A DNA stretch of 64,000 nucleotides from NCBI GenBank assembly GCA_030647355.1, contig JAUSIS010000013.1:113117-177116 (forward strand), written 5' to 3'. A program made the position numbers and the translations under genes. Origin of the DNA: a bacterium (lineage in GTDB: Bacteria > Patescibacteriota > UBA1384 > VFKW01). The notes below the pieces were generated by a model, which did no database searches, was not told where the DNA came from, and worked only from the letters and a program-made list of their open reading frames with translations. Within the stretch, counting starts at the first letter, position 1, and each line of letters starts with the position of its first letter. Below are positions 46,823 through 58,224 of this stretch, piece after piece.

Positions 46823-47323
46823 ATGCTAATACTTGCAACCAAATTATTTCGCGCGCCGATCGTCACTCCTTCGGCAGGGAAACTGGGCGAACTCGGCAAT
46901 CCCATAGTCAATCCGTCCGATGCACACCTTTTGGCCTTTCATGTTCTGCCCAGCACTCTTTTCGGCCGAAAAAAAATAATTTCCATAACGGATATCATCG
47001 TCTTGGATCCAAAAATCGTCTTAATCAATAGCCCCGAAAGCATCATAGATTCCCAAGAAATCATCCGAGTCAAGGAGTCCGCCGATCAACAGATCTCCCT
47101 GCTCAAAACTAAAGCATATACCAAGAGTAAAGTATATCTGGGACGAGTTGAAGACATAGTGATAGATAGCGAGACCAATATGATAATAAAATATTATATT
47201 AAACATATAATTCAGAGCCGGATACTGCCCGCCGATAAAGTCGTTGAAACTAAACATAATAAAATAATATTTGACGATACAGTAATTGCCCCTAATGTCG
47301 AAGTTAAGGGTGTGCCAGCTTAG
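46823..47323 (+). CDS. Hypothetical protein, possible PRC-barrel-like domains
   Basis: Two repeats of a G..V.D.V.D....I....I pattern (KLGELGNPIVNPSD..., YLGRVEDIVIDSETNMII). Weak assignment. Confidence 0.3.
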   Translation: MLILATKLFRAPIVTPSAGKLGELGNPIVNPSDAHLLAFHVLPSTLFGRKKIISITDIIVLDPKIVLINSPESIIDSQEIIRVKESADQQISLLKTKAYTKSKVYLGRVEDIVIDSETNMIIKYYIKHIIQSRILPADKVVETKHNKIIFDDTVIAPNVEVKGVPA

Positions 47324-47350
47324 CATTAGGTCAATAAAAGAGGAGGGGAG

Positions 47351-47653
47351 ATGGATCAGGCGCCACAAAAAACGGATCAAACACCAGCCGGTGAATCAAA
47401 AGATGTGCTGGTAACAATGGATCGGTTAATTCAGGCAACTAACCAATTAACCGATATTCAAAAAAAAATATACAAACAAAACAAAATTGGTCCAGTTATG
47501 ATTCGCAGTATCGCCTATGCCCTTGGTTCCACTCTTGGTTTGGCTTTAGTTATCTCTATACTATTTTATATCTTAAAATCAATCGGGGTGCTTGACAGCC
47601 TCTCCGGCGTATTTGGCGATCTTAAAGACTTAAAAGATCTCTACACTAACTAG
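47351..47653 (+). CDS. Small membrane protein with C-terminal DLKDLKD motif
   Basis: GGAGGGGAG RBS, one TM helix, C-terminal GDLKDLKDLYTN. Related C-terminus in the 16584-16796 ORF. Confidence 0.4.
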   Translation: MDQAPQKTDQTPAGESKDVLVTMDRLIQATNQLTDIQKKIYKQNKIGPVMIRSIAYALGSTLGLALVISILFYILKSIGVLDSLSGVFGDLKDLKDLYTN

Positions 47654-48422
47654 TCTCTCGCAAAAACTGCCAAAACAGCTCAAAAATCGTCTTTTGACTA
47701 CCTGCCAGTTCTTTATCTTGAATTATCGTTGCCATCGGTCTTTGAAACGATGCCTTCAATACATTATCTCCATAAACCAAAACAAACCCAGGCAATGTAA
47801 AACCAACCGGCAATAACCTGATCGGCCAGCCCCCATCAATTTCCACATCTTCTCCCCGAAGTTTATTAATCGTCTTCTGATCAATTCTCCTTATTTCCAT
47901 ATGCCTCTTGGTCGCCTCCTCACTAAACCACTGAAAATGATCCGGCATCCATCTATTCCATGGTTCAAGCGACCCGTAGATCATTAGCGGCTGCTTACTG
48001 GTTAAGCAGAGATTTAATGCTTCAACTAAACCCTTGGCGCCATCGTAAAAATGCACGCTCGGCTTTCCCACCACCTCGTCGGAAAGCCCTCTAAGTTGGG
48101 GAATCAATTCCTTTAACTCCTCCTGCTTCTCGTCTAAAATCTTCTTTTGACGCGCAACTTCCTCCGCTTTATCTCCGATAAAATCAATAAGCTTCTCTGG
48201 TCCCTCGGCGACAAAAGTCTTGCGCTTCCCTTCCGCACTGCCTATCGCGGCGAAACCATTTTTTACAAGGTCGTCCAATATGTCGTAGACGGTTGTCCTT
48301 TGCACCTTAGTTTCTTTGGCAATCTCGCTAGCTGACATCTCCCCATTTTGTAAAAGAGCCAAATAAATAAGCGACTTCTTATCGGAAAATCCCATTTTTT
48401 GTAATGTTTGAGAAAATGACAT
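47646..48422 (-). CDS. TrmB family transcriptional regulator
   Basis: N-terminal HTH LSDKKSLIYLALLQNGEMSASEIAKETKVQRTTVYDILDDLVKNGF. Same architecture as 24085-24843. Confidence 0.7.
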   Translation of the reverse strand: MSFSQTLQKMGFSDKKSLIYLALLQNGEMSASEIAKETKVQRTTVYDILDDLVKNGFAAIGSAEGKRKTFVAEGPEKLIDFIGDKAEEVARQKKILDEKQEELKELIPQLRGLSDEVVGKPSVHFYDGAKGLVEALNLCLTSKQPLMIYGSLEPWNRWMPDHFQWFSEEATKRHMEIRRIDQKTINKLRGEDVEIDGGWPIRLLPVGFTLPGFVLVYGDNVLKASFQRPMATIIQDKELAGSQKTIFELFWQFLRETS

Positions 48423-48560
48423 ATTTAGCTCCTGTCGACAATATCTCTACAGTAAAATAATAATCTGCCTCCAGTAAAATGTCAAGTATTCAAAACCTGT
48501 CGCTGGTCAGCCGACAATATTTCATCCCCCGATTTTCCCAATTTTAATCGAAAAATCCGC

Positions 48561-48899
48561 CTAATCCAGCTTACCGCTCACTAGTCTTTCCAAAAAAGTC
48601 AAATCCTTCATGCAATAGCTAAGTGCCGCATTCACAATATCCGACTTGCTGATTTTTAACCGCCTTTCCATGCGCAGTCGAAATTTAGCTACTTCCAGAT
48701 CCTCGAGAATCTGCGGATTGAAATAAAAAGTGAACTTGACAGGGTCAGTTTCCTCCAGCTTGGCAATCTTGAAATTTGAACCGCTCCTTATCCCCCTTTC
48801 CTCCGGCTCTTCCACGGAGGGTTTATCCTCGGTTTGCTTCCCGTGCGAACCGAATAGAAGGTCCGCTCCGGGTAGATCCTCCCTACCTGTTTTTGACAT
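48561..48899 (-). CDS. Small ParA-partner protein (putative centromere-binding/partition adaptor)
   Basis: 112-aa ORF overlapping the 3' end of parA by about 17 nt (coupled). C-terminal KISKSDIVNAALSYCM helix. No ParB N-terminal domain. Confidence 0.4.
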   Translation of the reverse strand: MSKTGREDLPGADLLFGSHGKQTEDKPSVEEPEERGIRSGSNFKIAKLEETDPVKFTFYFNPQILEDLEVAKFRLRMERRLKISKSDIVNAALSYCMKDLTFLERLVSGKLD

Positions 48900-49698
48900 T
48901 TTCTACCTCCTTAGCCACTGCGCGATAAGCATCGGCCGCTTCTGAAGTCTTGGCGTGCGTTAGCACCGACTCGCAAGCGACTGTCGCATAATCAAACCGC
49001 ACAGTCTCTTTAATTACCGTTTGAAATACTTTATCTCCGAACGCCTCTCTCGCCCTCTCGGTCACTTGGCGGGAATGATGCGTCCGGCTGTTGTACATCG
49101 TAAGTAGAATACCGATAAGCTCCAAATTGGGGTTCATGCCGCTTTCTTTTATCTTATCAATCGTGTCCATCAGTTGCTTCATACCGCGCATCGCCCAATA
49201 AGCGCACTGCAATGGCACAATCACGCCATCCGACGCTACCAGCGCATTTAGAGTTAAAAGGCCTAAACTAGGCGGGCAATCAATCAAAACGTAATCGTAG
49301 GCGTTTTTGTGAGGTTTTAAGAGGTCATGAAGCGTCTTCTCGCGATTCTCACGCGCAAAAAGCTGAATTTCCGCCGCCGTCAGATCCAATGTTGCCGGCG
49401 CCACTTTCAACCCGGGTATCTTCGTTTTGTGTGAAACTTTAGGCAGAGTGAGCTTATCGTCAAACAACGCATGATAAATACTTCTGTTCCCGATATTATC
49501 AACGTCCACACCCAAACCAATAGACATATTAGATTGGGGATCGAAATCCACCAGAAGAACGTCCTTACCTCTTTCCGCTAGCGCCACACCTAAATTAATC
49601 GTGCTGGTCGTCTTACCAACCCCGCCTTTTTGATTGGCTATCGAGATGACGCGCGTATTTCGGTTTTTGTCCTTGAACATATCAAAGGGACGCAACAC
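48883..49698 (-). CDS. parA: ParA/Soj family partition ATPase
   Basis: Deviant Walker A KGGVGKTT, the DFDPQ motif, and a typical Soj-length protein. Confidence 0.85.
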   Translation of the reverse strand: MLRPFDMFKDKNRNTRVISIANQKGGVGKTTSTINLGVALAERGKDVLLVDFDPQSNMSIGLGVDVDNIGNRSIYHALFDDKLTLPKVSHKTKIPGLKVAPATLDLTAAEIQLFARENREKTLHDLLKPHKNAYDYVLIDCPPSLGLLTLNALVASDGVIVPLQCAYWAMRGMKQLMDTIDKIKESGMNPNLELIGILLTMYNSRTHHSRQVTERAREAFGDKVFQTVIKETVRFDYATVACESVLTHAKTSEAADAYRAVAKEVENVKNR

Positions 49699-49739
49699 AA
49701 CCTCCTCCTTACCTGTTCGAAATTATATACGGAAACTTG

Positions 49740-51050
49740 AATATATAATTACAATTCCTATTGCAGACATAGATTCAATCTTACGGTAATATAATATTAA
49801 TTTTATGTATACATTACACTATACATGCCATTGTATTCTACGTTATTACATGTATTATTTTTTGTCAAGTTTCACTTAATATTATTTGCACGTATTAAAT
49901 TATTCGACTGGTTAATTATTCTATATACGCTTATTAGCGTTTACGTGTAATAATCTATTTCCGCTATATTTTTTAATTGTATTATTATCGCAAAAGAACT
50001 AATTCGTTGATAATACTTGCATACCTCCATGTTAGACTCAGACAGTTCAAAATGTTACAACATAACGTATTCTAATAATAACTTCGGCAATAAAATTCCT
50101 CATGTCAAAGATAAAATTCATGTTCAAAGCGATCCTAAAGCCAAAATAGGTACGATTACAAATCATCTAATAACTAGCAATGTTCACTATAACAATTTGA
50201 AAAACAACAAGTAATAAAATCTATATTACATCAATCGCCACATCGTTCAAATCGTCAGAACCTGCACTAAGTAGTCGGCATTCAATATCTAACATTCCGC
50301 ACTCAAGATTTTACATTTAACATTTGTCAATTTAACAATGCAATTGTCCGCTCGTAAACAATAATTTCTAGCTGAAATATAAAACAAAGTGTCTGCTCCA
50401 AAAGCAATATTTACGATTGTAAAATATTAACAAATAATTTAAGTTGGACGATTGCTCAGTTATTAAAATCAACAAACATACTATGAAACAAAAACTTCTA
50501 AATATTAATATACAGATCGTCGCTCAACTAATAGAATTGGTAAATATACTAACAGAAATACTACATTTCAAAGTCCATAATCATTTGAACAATAATATTT
50601 TATTTTACAACTAATTGAATATGATTTTTGGTCGCAATAATGGCAAAAATGCAAAGCAATATACTCACCAATCGTATTATATATATTGAACTAAAGAGCA
50701 AAATAAGCGCATAAGGTACCTTAAAAAGTGAGTAACCGTATATCAAGTGAGATATTTGTTGTCGAAGTATAATAGACAGATACTAAACTGTTTATACAAT
50801 TATTGTCGAAATCTTTTCTACATTACTTTACGATAATCTACATTAGAATCAGCCAATTAACCACTCAAAAACTAATAATATATCAACTACTTGAGTTTAA
50901 GGAATTTTATGATGATTTAATACTTAGACTTACGACATCCATTTAGCTTGCATTCCCTATATTATTCAATTACACTTGAACGTTAATTGCAACAAATTAT
51001 TGTACAACCTATATTGACATAATAATCAAAAACCCTATTGCATTTGGCAA
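49740..51050. other. 1.3-kb extremely AT-rich non-coding tract between parA and groEL (candidate replication origin or decayed mobile DNA)
   Basis: No ORF longer than 65 aa on either strand. Much lower GC than either neighbour. Adjacent to parA. Confidence 0.4.
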
Positions 51051-51082
51051 AAGAAAAGTCCCGGCTCGCGGGACTTTTCTTA
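51049..51082. terminator. Bidirectional terminator downstream of groEL
   Basis: AAAAGAAAA-GTCCCGGCTCGCGGGAC-TTTTCTT. Confidence 0.6.
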
Positions 51083-51104
51083 CTTTGAATTTATATTTTT
51101 TAGC

Positions 51105-52781
<1,677 letters not shown>

Positions 52782-52927
52782 CTACTTTCTCTTAAGATTC
52801 AATAAAGTTCTATAATTGTTCAATCTTGCCTGGCGAAAGGATACGTTTTTGAGGAGAGTTAAGCGTAGTGCAGCGAGCCTGCGAGCGTAACGCTCTCCGA
52901 CAAAATGTATCCTTGAGCCTGTATTAA

Positions 52928-53227
52928 CTATTCTATAACCCCTAAAATATCTTCTTCTTTTACAATCTTGTATTCTTTGCCTTCAAATTTAATCGAATCC
53001 CCGCCATACTTACTAAACAAAACGACATCCCCCTGCTTTACTCCTAAGGAAACCAGTTTTCCGTCAATCCATTTGCCTGTCCCTATCGCTACTACCTTCC
53101 CTTCCTGTCTTTCTTCTTTGGCCGACTCCGGCAGAATTATCCCGCCCTTTGTCTTCTCTACTTTCTCAAGCGGGAAAACGAGCACGCGATCGCCCAGCGG
53201 TCTTAGCTTTGCCATATCACTCCTCAC
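52928..53227 (-). CDS. groES: Co-chaperonin GroES
   Basis: MAKLRPLGDRVLV...GKVVAIG...Y typical GroES, 99 aa. Confidence 0.9.
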   Translation of the reverse strand: MRSDMAKLRPLGDRVLVFPLEKVEKTKGGIILPESAKEERQEGKVVAIGTGKWIDGKLVSLGVKQGDVVLFSKYGGDSIKFEGKEYKIVKEEDILGVIE

Positions 53228-53268
53228 TTACTTCTTATTGCTTACTGCTTACTAGCTTATTGCTTAAT
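53227..53268 (-). repeat. Heptanucleotide tandem repeat (GTAAGNA)n immediately upstream of groES RBS
   Basis: Plus strand reads CTTACTTCTTATTGCTTACTGCTTACTAGCTTATTGCTTAA. In mRNA sense the repeats run directly into GAGGAG-N6-ATG. Confidence 0.5.
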
Positions 53269-53315
53269 CATTCAACCAATTATTACCTCAAAAGTCAACA
53301 GTGTTTCGTATTAAA

Positions 53316-53344
53316 AATTGTAAAGTCTGCTTTACATTTTGTCA
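53316..53344 (-). promoter_or_regulatory. groES promoter (TTGACA-N17-TACAAT on minus strand) with embedded inverted repeat TGTAAAG-N4-CTTTACA
   Basis: The inverted repeat at 53318-53335 lies between -35 and -10, consistent with an operator (heat-shock repressor site candidate). Not a canonical CIRCE sequence. Confidence 0.5.
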
Positions 53345-53375
53345 AGCCCATTATTGGGACCGCTGAAAAACCTAA

Positions 53376-53470
53376 TTATTCTCCGAGCGATCCGCCATCC
53401 GCCAACTGGCGGAGGCGGAGAGTCGAGAAGTTTTATCCTGCTAGTTCTCGACAAGCTCGAACAATAAAGC
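53376..53470. repeat. REP-like hairpin pair upstream of groES (CCGCCATCCGCCAACTGGCGGAGGCGG; GTCGAGAAG-N15-TTCTCGAC ... CTCGAACAATAAAG)
   Basis: Inverted copies of the GTCGAGAAG unit form a hairpin. The tail CTCGAACAATAA is shared with 36650-36660. Confidence 0.5.
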
Positions 53471-53551
53471 AAAATATGCCTTTTCAAAGAAGTTTTTCAG
53501 CGGTCTCTTATTTACAGCGGGCCCTGCATCCTATCTAGTAGAAAGAATATT

Positions 53552-53753
53552 ATCCTTTGAGAGGTATCTCGGAGGTCGAGCGAGCATTCATCCTTTTCCA
53601 CCTTAAAGAATAAGGTGTACTTTTTAAAGGCCTCTCGGAGGCGGAGCAAGCTTGGTCCCCGCCTTGGCGGGGTTGCGAGCCGAGAGAGAGCGGCGATTTT
53701 CGCTGGAAAAATCGAACGCGTGCCTTTAAGAAATACGCCTTATTCACTCCCAC
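53552..53753 (+). repeat. Copy 1 of a ~190-bp two-copy structured element (core ~53620-53753)
   Basis: Shares TTGAGAGGTATCTCG...CTTTTTAAAGGCCTCTCG.AGGC..GCAAGCT.GGT.CCCGCC..GGCGGGGTTGCGAGCCGAGAG.GAGCGGCGATTTTCGCTGGAAAAATCGAACGCGTGCCTTTAA with 60768-60958. Outer stem AATAAGGTGTAC.../...GTACGCCTTATT. Confidence 0.6.
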
Positions 53754-53758
53754 TCGCC

Positions 53759-53787
53759 TTGACAATCGCTCATCCGGCTGTTACAAT
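53759..53787 (+). promoter_or_regulatory. Consensus sigma70-type promoter TTGACA-N17-TACAAT
   Basis: Immediately downstream of copy 1 of the two-copy structured element. Drives the 53846 cassette. Confidence 0.55.
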
Positions 53788-53845
53788 ACCTTCAGATTCA
53801 CGCACCCTACATTTCATAGCGCTAAAGCGCGGAGGCACTTTTCGG

Positions 53846-54607
53846 ATGTTGATGGACAAGCTGGATATCGCTCAGTTTCTGGAGAAACGATTGTCAGAGG
53901 CGTCACTCAAGGTAACAATCTTGGCCTTGTTGGTTGTCGGAGGAATCTTCGGCATCACCTGCTCGGCGAACGCAGGTCACATCTTGATCGCCTTGATGTT
54001 GCTGGCAGCCAATATCGTAGTTGGCTTCTGGCTCCTCATCCGTTTTCCACTCACCCTGCACGACCGAGACAACTGCATCGTGCGATTGGTATACCATCGT
54101 CGGTCGCACTACTTCTACGTCGCTGACGGCACCCCTTGCTACCTGGACGTGCTCGGCCTTTCTATGAAGCTCCTGATCGTCGCCGACATGTTTCTTCATC
54201 AGGTGGCAACGAAAGAGTACCGACTCGACGACAACTTCACTCACACTACCACGTCCCTTGGAGTCGAGTTCACTCTTTCCAAAATCGCCAAAGAGAATCT
54301 CGGCAATACCATGGAACAGCTGCTCACTAGATATCGTGGCAGCAACAATGCAAGCTTGACAGCCGACCAGCTACCAGAGCACGGCAACAGGATCGTGGTT
54401 GCTGTCAAGGCAAACCCATATCTCCTGCTAGGCGACGACGGCACTCTGGAAGACCTTCGCAATAGGATCTACGACCAGACCGGTTACGAGGTCGTAGGTA
54501 TCCAAGCTATCCAGCGCCACGAACAGCGCCCCGGAAAGCCAGAGGAGCCAATCGTCATCCCGGAGCTCGCCATTGCCACACTCAACGAGCCTCCATCGGC
54601 AAGGTAA
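53846..54607 (+). CDS. Hypothetical membrane protein (two N-terminal TM helices; GC-rich cassette)
   Basis: Start at MLMDK. TTGACA-N17-TACAAT promoter at 53759-53787. Terminator at 54667-54689. Confidence 0.45.
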   Translation: MLMDKLDIAQFLEKRLSEASLKVTILALLVVGGIFGITCSANAGHILIALMLLAANIVVGFWLLIRFPLTLHDRDNCIVRLVYHRRSHYFYVADGTPCYLDVLGLSMKLLIVADMFLHQVATKEYRLDDNFTHTTTSLGVEFTLSKIAKENLGNTMEQLLTRYRGSNNASLTADQLPEHGNRIVVAVKANPYLLLGDDGTLEDLRNRIYDQTGYEVVGIQAIQRHEQRPGKPEEPIVIPELAIATLNEPPSAR

Positions 54608-54666
54608 GAACTCCAGGAAAGGAATGCGCACACCCAGCACCCCCAAGGAGTAACTGCAAACCCGCA

Positions 54667-54689
54667 GGCCTCGATCCGAGGCCTTTTTT
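54667..54689 (+). terminator. Intrinsic terminator (GGCCTCGGATCGAGGCC+T6+CATAC)
   Basis: Perfect hairpin plus T-run plus CATAC tail. Confidence 0.6.
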
Positions 54690-55306
54690 CATACAAAAAA
54701 TGCTTATGAGACACTCCTAATGACGCGGCATAACTCTCAAGTACGATTCTAACGGCACCGTATCAGTATTAATCTTTCTATAACCCACCCCTTCCACCCG
54801 TAACTAGTATTAAATAATTTAATTATTCCCCCTATACAAGTATAGTATCTTACTTGTAATACCTATCAAGTAATCCAATTTCCAGAATTCAAAAGGCAGT
54901 GGCAACGAGAAGGGGGTACTCGTATATGCCACCACCAGAATCCCATATTAGCAAAGCCCCCAAATTCTGTCAAGGTTCACGATGTTAGTTCAAACCATAT
55001 TGAAAAATCTCCTGTTTTAGTCGCCAACCGATCGTCGCTATACTCAATTGTGGTATAATGTAATCACTCTAACTAATTCTCCTCGGACAAACGCCTATGG
55101 ATATATTTTGATGTATTGAGCTATTCGACGAGGAGGGGATTATGAGCTGTCTAAGAGACTATTCAACAGTCTCCAGCCAGCTGGATTAATGTAAATTGTC
55201 CAGCAACAGATAGTAAGTTTGAGGTATAAAGAATTGACAAATCCTAACCTATAAATTAAAATAAGCGCGGCAATACAAGAAAAAACTGAAAAAGGAGGAC
55301 CTGTAA

Positions 55307-56248
55307 TTGCCAGCCATATTGCGAATCGTACCCAGAAAAACATATGCTACTTTCTCGGAGTTCATTGCAGCGACGCCTCCGTACTCGATAGGAATTGACG
55401 GCATCGTAGCCGAATCAACCCAGTACGAGCAAAAAGGGCCATACCTGAACCTAAACCATCATGACTCCTGTGACCGATTGGCCACGCGCAGTGCCTGCGG
55501 ACAAGCGTTGTGCTATATGCGAGCTGGCTTGAATGAGCAGTTTCGCCTCAATGGCCAGTACCACGCGATTGTGCACGCCAATCACCCCGACGAGGATGTC
55601 TGCACCGCCTGGTTCGTCCTGAAACACCCGGAGCTGACATGTCAGACAATCCACCCCTTGCTGAATCGGTTGATTGCCGTCGAGGATACTATGGACACCA
55701 TGGCCGGCGCTTACCCGTTCCACAAGGATTTACCTCTGCTGGAAGAGTTCGCCTGGATCTTCGAGCCCTACACTCGAGCCAGACAACTGGGAATCATTCA
55801 CCAACCGGCTATCAGCGAACATACCATGATCGGCATCGTTACCGATGTCGAGAATCGTATCATGCGCCACATCACAGGTAAGGGTGAGAGAATCGCCCTA
55901 GATACCCGCTATACCTTGTTGGATAAGGTGGGCCCGGTCGCCATTATCGAGGAGACCGGCCAGCATGCCCGCATCGGACTATTCGGCGATGGCCACAAGG
56001 CATATCTGTCCATCCAGGAATTGTCCAACGGCAATCTCAAGGTATCTGTCGGCCGCATGTCGCCCTTCATCGGATTCAATGTCATCCAGTTCCTAAGCCT
56101 CTGCAACCGAGAGGAGAGACCCTCGGGGGGCAATATCTGGGGCGGCGGCAACAATGTCGGCGGAAGCCCTCGTGACGGCGGCACCAAACTCAAGCTTGTC
56201 ACCCTCAAGGGAGCCCTGGTGCATTGCATCAGACCGATCAAAGCCTAG
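55307..56248 (+). CDS. Hypothetical protein (313 aa; GC-rich cassette)
   Basis: GGAGGA RBS. His/Asp-rich motifs (NLNHHDSCD, VHANHPDED) suggest a metal-dependent enzyme but fit no family I can assign. Terminator at 56242-56276. Confidence 0.45.
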   Translation: MPAILRIVPRKTYATFSEFIAATPPYSIGIDGIVAESTQYEQKGPYLNLNHHDSCDRLATRSACGQALCYMRAGLNEQFRLNGQYHAIVHANHPDEDVCTAWFVLKHPELTCQTIHPLLNRLIAVEDTMDTMAGAYPFHKDLPLLEEFAWIFEPYTRARQLGIIHQPAISEHTMIGIVTDVENRIMRHITGKGERIALDTRYTLLDKVGPVAIIEETGQHARIGLFGDGHKAYLSIQELSNGNLKVSVGRMSPFIGFNVIQFLSLCNREERPSGGNIWGGGNNVGGSPRDGGTKLKLVTLKGALVHCIRPIKA

Positions 56249-56276
56249 CGATAACATCAATAGGCTTCTTTTTTTA
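56242..56276 (+). terminator. Intrinsic terminator with conserved loop GCGATAACATCAA (copy 1)
   Basis: AGCCTA-GCGATAACATCAA-TAGGCT+TCTTTTTTT directly after the stop of the 55307-56248 ORF. Confidence 0.55.
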
Positions 56277-56392
56277 TTTCTTCTTTGCCTTTTAAAATTA
56301 TTTCGATCACTAAATTATTATTAATAATTTAGTATTTTTGATTTTAATGATAGCAATAACATATTCTTAGGTATTAGAAAAGTAAATGAGAA

Positions 56393-57031
56393 TTATTTAT
56401 TCAACTTCAGTTTCTTAAATATTTCAATTGTTTTTTTAATATCTGAGTCACGATTGTTCTTTGGATCTCTCCATTCATAAGAATTATCATAACCAGCCTG
56501 TTCAGCAACAAGTTTTATAAAACATGATTTGGGAGCATCTTTAATAGAATGAGACATATAATAGTGCTTATTCTCAGATCTATACATCCAATAATCTTTG
56601 TGTTTCATGTTATGTAAAGAAATTATAGTAAATTGTAATCCCAACTCTAATTCATCAAACAACTTTTCTAAATTATCACGAGAAAAATATATAGGAATGA
56701 TATGCAGGTGTGCATGAGTAATACTGAGTGGATGCCTTCCCTTTGATAAAGAACCATGTTCAAAAATTATTGGGTAAGTTCCAATAATTTTAAGATATTC
56801 ATCACAAATTCTATCTAATAAATTTTCTAACCTAAATAGATTACAAGAATCTAATTCTGCAAACCCATTGATATGTTGTTTGGAAATAATCATTAAATAA
56901 TTAGGAATAGACATCCCTAATGCTGGTTTAATTAATACCAAATCATCCTCATAAAGAACTGTATTTTCTGGTTTAGAGTAAAGTTCTTTATCAGTTTGAT
57001 TTACTAAAGAGCAAAACACACAATCTTTCAT
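56393..57031 (-). CDS. HIT (histidine triad) family nucleotide hydrolase/transferase
   Basis: N-terminal CVFC and the histidine triad ITHAHLHIIP (HxHxHxx). Extremely AT-rich. Confidence 0.75.
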   Translation of the reverse strand: MKDCVFCSLVNQTDKELYSKPENTVLYEDDLVLIKPALGMSIPNYLMIISKQHINGFAELDSCNLFRLENLLDRICDEYLKIIGTYPIIFEHGSLSKGRHPLSITHAHLHIIPIYFSRDNLEKLFDELELGLQFTIISLHNMKHKDYWMYRSENKHYYMSHSIKDAPKSCFIKLVAEQAGYDNSYEWRDPKNNRDSDIKKTIEIFKKLKLNK

Positions 57032-57038
57032 TAGTTCA

Positions 57039-57521
57039 TTAATCTTTCTTGATTATATGTGTTAAAGTGTCCAATTTGTTGTTCACCATCAAATCTTTAA
57101 CAGTGAATGGTTTAAGATCTATTTCTTCTAATTCATCAATAGAAACCCATTTGATAAATAAGTGTTTTTCTTCACCACGATCAATTTCTATAACTTCTCT
57201 GTCAACTGTTTCAACGTCTTCTTCTAGTTCAATAATGTAGTAGAATTCTACACCATGTTGAACAATTCCTTTTTTCTCATAGAAATTCTCTTGAATACAT
57301 AATAGATTTGTATTTTTAACAGTGTAATCTAATTCTTCCTTGATTTCTCTAGTAACAGCAGTAGTAGAATCTTCGCCTATTTCAATATGTCCGCCTGGAA
57401 TGTGATAATATGGCGCATTATCCACATTCATAATTAGGAATTTGTCATTGTGCTTGATAATTCCTACAACTCGATTATAGTAATTATAATCATCCGTTTT
57501 AAATTTAACTTCTTGTTTCAT
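57039..57521 (-). CDS. NUDIX hydrolase
   Basis: Nudix box GGHIEIGEDSTTAVTREIKEELDY (GX5EX7REUXEEXGU). Start at MKQEVKF after an AAAGGAAA RBS. Overlaps the upstream kinase by about 16 nt. Confidence 0.75.
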   Translation of the reverse strand: MKQEVKFKTDDYNYYNRVVGIIKHNDKFLIMNVDNAPYYHIPGGHIEIGEDSTTAVTREIKEELDYTVKNTNLLCIQENFYEKKGIVQHGVEFYYIIELEEDVETVDREVIEIDRGEEKHLFIKWVSIDELEEIDLKPFTVKDLMVNNKLDTLTHIIKKD

Positions 57522-58224
57522 TTTCAATATTTCCTTTCTTATAAATATTTTCAATTTGTCTTATATCCATAAAATTATTGGTTGTATCGTAAACAATGTT
57601 TGCTTTTGCCCCATTGTTCAATATACTATACAAATTCATGTGTCGTAAAATATCAACACCATACTTTATCCCATCAGAGCCAAGTTTCTCTCGTTCTATA
57701 AACCTTGCTACAAGAACAGATTCTTCACCCGTTAACATTATAGACAATGTTGAATCGTTCCAAATATCTGTTAGTGGCAGTAAAGCATGATTTAATACAA
57801 TTAAGTCAGGTTTATCCAATGGACTCCACTTGATTATTTTACTGTATTTAGATAAGAAATCTTCATAATCTAAGTCCTTAAAATCGTTTAATATTTTAAG
57901 AATTGTTCTATTTATGTATTCCATTATAACTTCGTACCATTCTATATATTCATCAAGAGTTATAATCTTTTCATAAATAGCACACCTCAGAAAGTACGTT
58001 CTCAAATCTTCACTTTTCTTAATTGGTTCATTGTGAGTAAATCCAAACACATTGTTTTCAATATCTTCTTCAAAAAACGTTGTTCTCAAATACTCTAAGT
58101 CTAAAGAAAGACCATTATGTAAAGAAGCAAAGGAATTACACAGTGTTGTTTTACCACAACAAGGCAACCCCGCAATACTAATAATCTCTGTCATTGTGTC
58201 CTTTCTTAATGAATGGTTACTCAT
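57505..58224 (-). CDS. P-loop nucleoside/nucleotide kinase-like protein
   Basis: Walker A IISIAGLPCCGKTTL resembles uridine/nicotinamide-riboside kinase-type P-loops. Substrate unknown. Confidence 0.55.
   Translation of the reverse strand: MSNHSLRKDTMTEIISIAGLPCCGKTTLCNSFASLHNGLSLDLEYLRTTFFEEDIENNVFGFTHNEPIKKSEDLRTYFLRCAIYEKIITLDEYIEWYEVIMEYINRTILKILNDFKDLDYEDFLSKYSKIIKWSPLDKPDLIVLNHALLPLTDIWNDSTLSIMLTGEESVLVARFIEREKLGSDGIKYGVDILRHMNLYSILNNGAKANIVYDTTNNFMDIRQIENIYKKGNIENETRS

Noticed and set aside
49740-51050. ORF 50017-50214 (65 aa) inside the AT-rich tract as a real gene
   Set aside because: No RBS, low-complexity Asn/Lys/Ser-rich composition typical of AT-rich non-coding DNA, and no conservation signal. 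Treated as non-coding.
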